Shown here: positions 27,045-34,922 of the stretch, piece by piece
Numbering within the stretch: position 1 is the first letter of the stretch
Layout: each line of letters opens with the position of its first letter
NCBI GenBank assembly: GCA_001800285.1
Contig: MGVC01000075.1
Coordinates: forward strand, 19,058-83,057
Reading direction: 5' to 3'
Source: Elusimicrobia bacterium RIFOXYA2_FULL_39_19
GTDB taxonomy: Bacteria > Elusimicrobiota > Endomicrobiia > CG1-02-37-114 > XYA2-FULL-39-19
Length of the DNA stretch: 64,000 nucleotides
The notes under the pieces: model-generated
What the model saw: the letters and a program-made list of their open reading frames with translations, nothing else
The model's database searches: none
What the model was told of the DNA's origin: nothing
Program-made: the position numbers and the translations under genes

Positions 27045-30000
27045 ATGGAAGAGAAAAATAAGTTTACACCGCCGCCGCTGCCGAAAAATGCAAAACCAAA
27101 AATTCCTGCAAAACCAGGTGTGCCGCCGTCAATTCCTGGATTACAAAGGCCTGGAATGCCGGGAAGTACAGGGATACCAAAACCGGGCATGCCTCCGTCA
27201 ATCCCGGGAGTGCCAAAAGCAGCTGCTGATTCAGGCTCAAAAACAAAAGAGCTTGAACTGCAGTCTAATGAAAATCAACAGCTGAAAAACCAGTTCGAAT
27301 CTCAGGTACATGAACTGCAGAAACAGCTTATGGAAGAAAGAGAAAAACTTCTTCTGCAGACAGTGCGCTCAAAAGAAGAAGAAACTTTGGCCATTAAAGT
27401 TGAAGAATCCATAAAAGACATACAGGACAAATTGCGCCGTGAAAAGCGCGAGCATGAGCTTACAGAACAGATTGAAAAAGCTGAAGCGCAGATAAAGGAC
27501 CTGGAAAGAAGGCTTATTGAAGAACGGGAAACCTGGGTTGCAACTATAAGGTCTCAGATGAACCAGCGTGATGTCCAGGAAAAAGAAATTGAACAGAACT
27601 TTCAGGGCAGAATCCACGAACTTGAAAGAAGATGGCAGGATGAAAAAATGTCTCTTTCAACAATGATAAGGGATAGGGAAGCTGAAGCAACAAAGCTTAG
27701 AACCGAATATGCCGCCAAGGAAGAAGAGCTAAACAGAAACTGGGAAAGAAAAAGCGGTGCTGTAGTTTCTGAAAAACTGCGCCTTGAAGCAGGCCTCAGA
27801 GATATTAGAGATGAACTGACAAGCAAAGAAAAAGATGTTATTTCACTCAAGGCTGAGTTAGCGCTGGTAAATTCTGAAATTCTACAGGGTAAGGACAAAT
27901 TTGAAAAGTATTCAAAGATATTTGAAAGGTTCAAACTGGAAAAAGATTCCCTGATAAAAGAAATAGATAAAAAAGACAGAGAATATCTGCTTTTAAAAAC
28001 CCAGATAAGCTCACATTTGTCAAAATCAAAAAATGAGCAGGAAAAACTTCAGAAGGAAGCAGTACAGTTAAAAGAGGATATAGACAAATCAAAAAAAGAG
28101 CAGTCGGAGCTCAGGCATCAGATAGATATAAAGGAACAGGAAATAAATTCCGTAAAAAGGGCATTTGATGAAAAAATACGCGAGCATAATGAACAAATCA
28201 GATTTATTAATTCCGCGGCTGACGAGAAAATAAAAACAAAAGATGTAGAACTGCAAAGACATGCAGATTTTGAGAAAGAGCTTGATTTGAAAATAAAGGA
28301 TTATCAGGAAAGATATTCAAAAATAAATAATCAGCTGGATGAAAGCCAGAAGGTTATTTACAGCCTGACATCAGAAAAGAATAAATTGCTTGAACAGATG
28401 GAGCTTATCAGAGCCAGCTTTGCTTCAGAAAAAAATGTTTATGAAAACCAGCTGAAACAAAGCGATTCAATGATAGTTTCCCTGAAATCAGAAAAGGAAA
28501 ATTTGTACAGGGAAATAACCGGCCTGAAAATCGATTTGGTTACGGAAAAGAAAAGTTTTGAAAATCAGCTGAAACAGCATGAAACGGTAATAAGCGGGCA
28601 CGAAAAAGAAAAAACACGTTTACTTGAACAGATAAATTCATTAAAAGAAGGTTTTGTTTCAGAAAAAACAATATTAGAAAACCAGCTGAAACAGAATTTG
28701 ACACAATTAAACGGTTTACAGAATCAGAAAGATCAGCTGTCAGCCAAGATTGAAGAACTGAGGCTGAATTATGCTTCTGATAAATCAGCGCTTGAAGCCC
28801 AGCTTAAACAGAATGAAACACAGCTTGAAAACCTGAAAGCTGTTAAAGCCGGCCTGGAAAGCAGTCATCTGCAGGATGAGGCAATAATTGCTGCTCTTAA
28901 GAAAGAAAAAGACAAACTGTTTGAACAGATTGATATTATTAAAACAGATCACAGCGCGAAAGCTTTCATACTTGAAGAACGGCTCGGTCAGAATGATGTT
29001 TTGATAACCTCATTAAAAAGCGAAAAAGATTCACTCAACAAACAGCTGGAGATGTTGAAATCCAATTTTTCCGCTGAAAAGTATTCTCTGGAAAACCAGA
29101 TAGAGGAACATAAAAGGTCTTTAAGCACTCTTTCAAGCGAAAAAGACAAAGCTCAGGAAAAAATACTGGTCCTTGTGACCAAAGAGAGCGAACTAAAATC
29201 CAAGATAGACGCTCAGGACTTGAAACTGAGGGAAATTGAAAATAAACTGCACAGTAAAATGAAAGAAGCAGAGCAGTTAAAAGTTGAGATATCAAAACTG
29301 CAGGAAGTAGTGGAATCAAAGAATTTCACTATTGCAGAAATCAAGGAAAAACTGAAAGATATTGATAATGAAGTCCTCAAGAAAGTTGAAGCGCAGGAAA
29401 GAGAGTTTAAAAGAAGGCTGGAGTACATGGGCCAGTCTAATGAGGAACTCCAGAAACAATTGTCAGACAAAGATAAGAAAGTTCATGAGATGTCTTTTGA
29501 ACAGGACAAAGTTACTGCTGAATACCGTGAACGCAGTACAAAACTGGAACAGGACATGAATTATCAGAGAAGCAGGTTTAATATGATAATTTCACAGCAG
29601 GACCAGGAAATTACAAAGATTACAAAAGAAAAACACCTGTTGGAAAGCAGTATCCAGGATGTTCAGAAAAAAGCCGCAGACCAGAACACTGAGCTTGAAG
29701 CAAGAAACAAACAGGAAATAGAAAACATAATGCGGATAAAGAATACCATTGAACAGCAGATTCTGGAAAAAGACGAAAAACTTAAAAAACGCGAAGCCGA
29801 CCTGAAGATTTTCAGAGAAAGGTACATCCAGGAACAGGACAATTTCAATAAAGAAATTGAAAAACTTAACAAAAACTGGGAAAGTAAACTTAATTTTGTC
29901 AATGAAAAAGTGGTGGCTGCAGAATCTAAAGCCAACGAAATAACAACGGCGTACAAGACGGAAATTGATAAGTTAAACAACCAGTGGAAAGATAAATTCT

Positions 30001-30320
30001 TAAAAAAGGAAATGGAAACAGAAAAAATTATTGAGAAGCTTGATTTTACCTGGAAAGATTTTCATTCAAGATTCATTGATGAGTACAAAATAATAGAAGA
30101 AAAACTGCAGTCAAGGGAAAAAGAACTGGAAATGCTTCAGGGAAAAATAGACGGTGTCCCGGAAAGTGAGCCCTCCCGGGAAATCTCCGGTTTGGAAACA
30201 GCAGCAGAGGGCCAGCCCCAAGAAGCCGCGCAGGAGTATTATGAAGACGAAGAAGAAAGCCTGTTTGACCGTTTCTGGAACTGGCTTAATAAACCGATTG
30301 TAGAAAATGAAAAGAAATAG
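27045..30320 (+). CDS. Large coiled-coil protein (1,091 aa) with proline-rich N-terminus and acidic C-terminus
   Basis: RBS AGGAGGA 7 nt upstream. N-terminus: PPPLPKNAKPKIPAKPGVPPSIPGLQRPGMPGSTGIPKPGMPPSIPGVPK. About 950 aa of coiled-coil-type sequence follows, including tandem 39-aa repeats. The acidic tail is QEAAQEYYEDEEESLFDRFWNWL. No TM segment or signal peptide. Confidence 0.85.
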   Translation: MEEKNKFTPPPLPKNAKPKIPAKPGVPPSIPGLQRPGMPGSTGIPKPGMPPSIPGVPKAAADSGSKTKELELQSNENQQLKNQFESQVHELQKQLMEEREKLLLQTVRSKEEETLAIKVEESIKDIQDKLRREKREHELTEQIEKAEAQIKDLERRLIEERETWVATIRSQMNQRDVQEKEIEQNFQGRIHELERRWQDEKMSLSTMIRDREAEATKLRTEYAAKEEELNRNWERKSGAVVSEKLRLEAGLRDIRDELTSKEKDVISLKAELALVNSEILQGKDKFEKYSKIFERFKLEKDSLIKEIDKKDREYLLLKTQISSHLSKSKNEQEKLQKEAVQLKEDIDKSKKEQSELRHQIDIKEQEINSVKRAFDEKIREHNEQIRFINSAADEKIKTKDVELQRHADFEKELDLKIKDYQERYSKINNQLDESQKVIYSLTSEKNKLLEQMELIRASFASEKNVYENQLKQSDSMIVSLKSEKENLYREITGLKIDLVTEKKSFENQLKQHETVISGHEKEKTRLLEQINSLKEGFVSEKTILENQLKQNLTQLNGLQNQKDQLSAKIEELRLNYASDKSALEAQLKQNETQLENLKAVKAGLESSHLQDEAIIAALKKEKDKLFEQIDIIKTDHSAKAFILEERLGQNDVLITSLKSEKDSLNKQLEMLKSNFSAEKYSLENQIEEHKRSLSTLSSEKDKAQEKILVLVTKESELKSKIDAQDLKLREIENKLHSKMKEAEQLKVEISKLQEVVESKNFTIAEIKEKLKDIDNEVLKKVEAQEREFKRRLEYMGQSNEELQKQLSDKDKKVHEMSFEQDKVTAEYRERSTKLEQDMNYQRSRFNMIISQQDQEITKITKEKHLLESSIQDVQKKAADQNTELEARNKQEIENIMRIKNTIEQQILEKDEKLKKREADLKIFRERYIQEQDNFNKEIEKLNKNWESKLNFVNEKVVAAESKANEITTAYKTEIDKLNNQWKDKFLKKEMETEKIIEKLDFTWKDFHSRFIDEYKIIEEKLQSREKELEMLQGKIDGVPESEPSREISGLETAAEGQPQEAAQEYYEDEEESLFDRFWNWLNKPIVENEKK
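28366..29170 (+). repeat. ~6.5 tandem 39-aa (117-nt) coiled-coil repeats within the 1,091-aa protein
   Basis: EKNVYENQLKQSDSMIVSLKSEKENLYREITGLKIDLVT / EKKSFENQLKQHETVISGHEKEKTRLLEQINSLKEGFVS / EKTILENQLKQNLTQLNGLQNQKDQLSAKIEELRLNYAS / DKSALEAQLKQNETQLENLK... / KAFILEERLGQNDVLITSLKSEKDSLNKQLEMLKSNFSA / EKYSLENQIEEHKRSLSTLSSEKDKAQ. Confidence 0.8.
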
Positions 30321-30356
30321 AATAATTTAGAAAGGAATGAAAGGTTAAGGTAATTA

Positions 30357-33300
30357 ATGGGAAATAAATTCAAAATAATATTTGTGTTTTTAGGACTGCA
30401 AATATTTCTGCTCACACCAGTGATATACAGTGCACCGGATGCGGTTACAAACCTAAGTGTAACAGCCGGGTTTAGCAGGGTTGCGCTTAGCTGGTCCGCG
30501 CCCTACGATACAGCCTCTACAGCGGCACCTGTTATATACGAAGTGAGAGTATCGTCATACCGCGTGCTTGTAAGTGCAGCCGATTGGAACGGTAATTCCA
30601 GCAGTTCCCAGCATCCTTACAGAATTGTACTGCCCACAACAACCAATGCCGGCTTTCTTGAAAGTATTGTTGTTACAGGCCTGACAAATGGAATGACTTA
30701 CTTTTTTGCAGTGCGCTCATCAACATATAATTTTTCAGATTATGCCGACTGGTCCGGAATGGACAGCACTTCGCCGGAACCTCAGGCTCAGCCGCAGAAT
30801 ACCGCGCCAACCGGTGCCGGAGGCTACCAGCCTTCAAACGGTGCTCACGTCAACGTTTCAACGCCTACTATTTACTGGAACAATGCTTCTCCCGGTAATC
30901 CGGATTCTACACAGGGTGATTACATAGCATCTTATACGGTATACATAAATACAGCAACTGATTTTTCCGGTGTATCCTGGGCCAGTATAATAAAGACCGG
31001 CATAATAACAAATTCCTGGAGCGTATCACCACCGTTAGCTGATAATACCACCTATTACTGGAAGGTTTTTGCCTATGATTCAGAGGGTGAAGAAGGCCAG
31101 CTTTTTGCACCCTACCAGAGGTTAATTGTAAATTCAACAAACTCTGCACCAACATCGGTAACCCTTATTTCACCTACCAATGGCGCCACCATAACATCTT
31201 TTCCCAGAAATTTTGACTGGAACGATGCAGTTGAGTCAGACCCGGGGGACAATATTTATTATGTGGTGCATCTTTCAAGTTCCCTGGATTTTACAACAGA
31301 AATTACCAGCAATACCGGAAAGGTTTCTACGGCAAATCTAACTTTAACGGTCATGGAAAACACCACTTATTACTGGTATGTAGTTACTCACGATACAAAT
31401 TCCCTGGGGCTTAATGTGACATATTCTCAAAGCACAACCTCAAGGACTGTCTGCATAAATTTATCGCCAAACGAAGACCCGTTGCCTTTTAACCTCACCT
31501 ATCCTATTAATGGTGAAGTTGTGTGTTTTTCCACTCCTACAATAAACTGGGATGATACCACAGACCCGGACCCGGGAGACTTTATAACATTTTATGAAAT
31601 ACATTTGTCTTCATACAGTGCAGAGCTTACCAGTGGTAGTGAATATTTTTCTTCAAACGTTTATGTTTCACAATATGTATCCGAACCGCTGGTGGAAAAT
31701 GCTTCGTATAATTGGCTTGTTGTAGCTCACTCCTTTACAGGAGGACTATTGTTTACAGATTCAACATCTTTTGTAGTAGATGCGGTAAATGTGCTGCCAA
31801 GCTCAGTTACATTTTTGAGCCCGAATAATATGATTTCCACAACGTCTGTGCGCCCTGTTTTTATTTGGACAGCTTCATCAGACCCTGACCCAGGCAGCAG
31901 TTTTACTTATAAAATATATTTATCAACAAATAATTTTGCCACGGCATTCACAAGCGCGGCTCTGGTAACACCGGGTTTTATTCCGGTATCGGATTTAACT
32001 GAAAATGCCCAGTATGCCTGGAAAGTTGATGTAATTGACAACCAGGGAGGGCTGGTTACTACAGCAACAAATTATTTTTGGGTAGATTCAAGCATGGAAA
32101 ATCCAAACACTTTTAATTTGAATTCTCCGGACGGAACTAACCAGAATATACTTAAAACTTATTTTGACTGGGATAATGCAACAGATCCCGATGTAGGCGA
32201 TTATGTAGCAAGTTATGAAATATGGTATTCCACAACATCCTTATTTACGGTTTATACTTCTTCGGCCGGTTTAACGGTATCAAGCTTTTCGACACAGAGT
32301 ACTTTGATAGGCAATGCAACTTATTACTGGAAAGTTAGAGCAGTCTCAGCTAACAGCGGATTTTTATGGTCAACTACGAAATATTTTTATACAACAACAA
32401 GTTTTCCGCTGGCTTATCCCGAGGATGCGTCAGTAAGGAATTTCCTTAAAACATATTTTGTCTGGAACCAGCTGGCAGACCCGGATCCGACAGACAGCAA
32501 TACCGTTACGTATGACTTGTTCTATACCACTGTTGCATCCTTTAATATTTACACCTCAACTACAGGTCTTAGCGTTTCCACTTATACCATAGAATCACCT
32601 CTAATAAACAGCGCTACATATTACTGGAAAGTTAGAGCTATAGTCGCTACCGGTGCTTTATGGTCAAGCACAACAGGATATTTTTATACTGTCAGCAGTT
32701 TTACTCTTTCTGCACCTACTGATGGATCAAATCAGAACTATTTGAAGGTTAATTTTGACTGGAATGACCTTCCTGACCCGGCCCCTGCTGACGGTATTTA
32801 CGTGACCTATGAAATACATTACTCTACTGACATTCTTTTCAGGGTTTATGATTCTGCTTCAGGGTTAACTTTTTCAAGCTATACTACAAGTTCTGCACTT
32901 ATAAATTCTGCAACTTATTATTGGAAAGTAATTGCCCAGTCAACAAGCGGTTATACAAACTCAGTAAATACCTTTAGGTTTATAACCGGTACGGGCTTTG
33001 ACCTTTTAACTCCAGCTAATGAATCAACAGCAATAAATTTAAGGCCGTCTTTTGACTGGTCAGACATGCCTGATCCGGATACAACAGATAATGTTTCAGT
33101 AAGCTATGAATTCCAATATTCGATTTTTCCTGATTTTTCAGTTTTAAATTCTTCAGCAGGTTTAACTTCGTCAAGTTTTACTTTAACAACAGCACTGTTA
33201 AATGATACTACCTATTTCTGGAGAGTAAGAGCAGTCTCTTCTTCCGGCAGCAGTTATTGCAACGAATCCTATTTCAAATTGTATGTTTTAAACCAGTATC

Positions 33301-34916
33301 CCGCGGCTTTTAGTTTATCTTCGCCGGCAGACTTTTCAGTGCTTACTTCAACAGCTCTCAGCTTCAGATGGCAGGGTACTTATGACCCGGAATCAGAAAT
33401 AATAAGTTACTACTACAGATATTCTTTAAGCACGGTTTATACCACAACCGGCAGTTTTACAGAACCGGTATTTAACATGGATCCTGCCTTATTAACAGAA
33501 AATGCCAAATATTTATGGTATGTGCAGGCAAAAGATCTGTGGCAGAACACAACCGTATCAAACAGTTCTTTTACGTTTTATGTGAATTTTCAAAGCGAAG
33601 CGCCGTCTGCTTTCAGTCTTATGGCGCCAATGGACCGGGCTTTTGTAAGCGTGGGAAATTTTGACTGGCAAAATGCCAGTGATCCGGACCCGTTAGATAC
33701 GGTGAGATATGAAATAAATTATTCAACAATGAATGATTTTTCATTTTATTATTCGTCTGCTGGTTTATCGTCATCAAATTATTCTTTAAGTACAAGCTTG
33801 ATAGGCCAATGTACTTATTATTGGAGGGTAAAGGCTTATGGAACACAGGATCCTTCAAGCCTGTATACACTATCAAGCGTATATACATTTTATACTCCTA
33901 CAACCCAGCCGGCAGCACCCGCTGAATTAAGAGGAGTAGTTTCAGATAGCGGCAGCAAGTGTACCGTTTCCTGGGAAGCTGTGTTTTATAATTCAGATGG
34001 CTCTGTTTGCAGTAATTTGCAGGAATATCGTCTGTATAAATCCAGAACCTTAAACGGCCTTAAAGAAAATCCTGAACTGGTTGCTACTTTGGATACGAGC
34101 GTAATTACCTACGCAGATACGACCTTAAGTAGTCTTGAATATTTTTACATGGTGCGTTCAGTAAATTCATTTAAAATTGAAAGTGCTTTCTCTGCGATCC
34201 TTTATATTAATCCTTCGGAAGCTGTGAGCTACAGGGTTTTCAGCGATTTAAGCGATGAGGTAAGTCTTAATATTCCGGGTGAAATATATGACGAATTGAA
34301 TTCAAATAATGACATCCATGTAGCTATTTCCAGGATAAATTCTTACGAGAACAGCACTGTTTTAAGAGCTTATGATATGAAAATAGATAAGAGCGGTGTC
34401 AGCCGTAAAACATTCAGCCAGCCTCTTTATATTCAATTCAGTTACAGGAATATTGACGTGGCTGACCCGTCAATGCTTGGAGTGGCTTATCATGACGGAG
34501 TTTCCTGGCAGTACCTGGCTTGTACCGTAGATACCTTGAATAAAGTTGTAAAAATAAAAACTTATCATTTAACAGAATTCAGATTCCAGCTGGTGGAAAG
34601 GTCAACTGAATTTGAATTGCTTAACTGGCCGTTAAAAGCAAAAGTTTTTACTCCCAATAATGATAATGTAAATGATGAATTGAAAATATATTATTCTAAT
34701 CCGCAAAATAAAAGTATTACGGGTAAAATTATGAATATAAACGGAATGTATATTGCAGATATGGCTAATAATACTAATGAAATGGCTGTCAGTTGGGACT
34801 GCAAAACACAAAATGGCTACACCGTAACTTCAGGTATATATATTTACCAGCTTACAATTTCGGGTCCGAATTCCGAAAACAAAATTATTAACGGTACTAT
34901 TGTTGTCGCAAAGTAA
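30357..34916 (+). CDS. Secreted FN3-array surface protein (1,519 aa) with C-terminal sorting-type domain (cargo 2)
   Basis: Signal peptide MGNKFKIIFVFLGLQIFLLTPVIYSA, then an N-terminal FN3 (VALSWSAPYD...MTYFFAVRS). About 10 tandem ~90-100-aa FN3-like units follow, with the signature 'P.F.W....DPDPGD...Y.I..S....F........L....Y.....L..N(A/T)TYYWKV.A'. There is a late FN3 (CTVSWEAV...YRLYKS...YFYMVRSVN). The CTD at ~34610-34913 is KVFTPNNDNVNDELKIYYSNP...SGIYIYQLTISGPNSENKIINGTIVVAK, where 'FTPN.D..ND' resembles the type-B gliding/T9SS CTD signature. Confidence 0.8.
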   Translation: MGNKFKIIFVFLGLQIFLLTPVIYSAPDAVTNLSVTAGFSRVALSWSAPYDTASTAAPVIYEVRVSSYRVLVSAADWNGNSSSSQHPYRIVLPTTTNAGFLESIVVTGLTNGMTYFFAVRSSTYNFSDYADWSGMDSTSPEPQAQPQNTAPTGAGGYQPSNGAHVNVSTPTIYWNNASPGNPDSTQGDYIASYTVYINTATDFSGVSWASIIKTGIITNSWSVSPPLADNTTYYWKVFAYDSEGEEGQLFAPYQRLIVNSTNSAPTSVTLISPTNGATITSFPRNFDWNDAVESDPGDNIYYVVHLSSSLDFTTEITSNTGKVSTANLTLTVMENTTYYWYVVTHDTNSLGLNVTYSQSTTSRTVCINLSPNEDPLPFNLTYPINGEVVCFSTPTINWDDTTDPDPGDFITFYEIHLSSYSAELTSGSEYFSSNVYVSQYVSEPLVENASYNWLVVAHSFTGGLLFTDSTSFVVDAVNVLPSSVTFLSPNNMISTTSVRPVFIWTASSDPDPGSSFTYKIYLSTNNFATAFTSAALVTPGFIPVSDLTENAQYAWKVDVIDNQGGLVTTATNYFWVDSSMENPNTFNLNSPDGTNQNILKTYFDWDNATDPDVGDYVASYEIWYSTTSLFTVYTSSAGLTVSSFSTQSTLIGNATYYWKVRAVSANSGFLWSTTKYFYTTTSFPLAYPEDASVRNFLKTYFVWNQLADPDPTDSNTVTYDLFYTTVASFNIYTSTTGLSVSTYTIESPLINSATYYWKVRAIVATGALWSSTTGYFYTVSSFTLSAPTDGSNQNYLKVNFDWNDLPDPAPADGIYVTYEIHYSTDILFRVYDSASGLTFSSYTTSSALINSATYYWKVIAQSTSGYTNSVNTFRFITGTGFDLLTPANESTAINLRPSFDWSDMPDPDTTDNVSVSYEFQYSIFPDFSVLNSSAGLTSSSFTLTTALLNDTTYFWRVRAVSSSGSSYCNESYFKLYVLNQYPAAFSLSSPADFSVLTSTALSFRWQGTYDPESEIISYYYRYSLSTVYTTTGSFTEPVFNMDPALLTENAKYLWYVQAKDLWQNTTVSNSSFTFYVNFQSEAPSAFSLMAPMDRAFVSVGNFDWQNASDPDPLDTVRYEINYSTMNDFSFYYSSAGLSSSNYSLSTSLIGQCTYYWRVKAYGTQDPSSLYTLSSVYTFYTPTTQPAAPAELRGVVSDSGSKCTVSWEAVFYNSDGSVCSNLQEYRLYKSRTLNGLKENPELVATLDTSVITYADTTLSSLEYFYMVRSVNSFKIESAFSAILYINPSEAVSYRVFSDLSDEVSLNIPGEIYDELNSNNDIHVAISRINSYENSTVLRAYDMKIDKSGVSRKTFSQPLYIQFSYRNIDVADPSMLGVAYHDGVSWQYLACTVDTLNKVVKIKTYHLTEFRFQLVERSTEFELLNWPLKAKVFTPNNDNVNDELKIYYSNPQNKSITGKIMNINGMYIADMANNTNEMAVSWDCKTQNGYTVTSGIYIYQLTISGPNSENKIINGTIVVAK

Positions 34917-34922
34917 AAAAAT

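Noticed and set aside
22374-30000. Many 60-194-aa minus-strand and off-frame ORFs inside the coiled-coil genes (e.g. 22374-22958, 23682-24026, 24927-25349, 26273-26642, 27602-27934, 29663-29980; likewise 49237-49731 and 49951-50295)
   Set aside because: They are the reverse-complement image of AAR/GAR-rich Lys/Glu codons (giving F/S/L-rich low-complexity peptides). They have no RBS context and overlap strongly supported + strand genes.
1-30320. GC/composition contrast between the giant ORF (visibly GC-richer) and the coiled-coil genes (AT-rich) as evidence of horizontal transfer
   Set aside because: The contrast is explained by amino-acid composition (G/A/P/T-rich beta domains versus K/E/N/I-rich coiled coils). 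I cannot compute codon-position statistics here, so no HGT claim is made.
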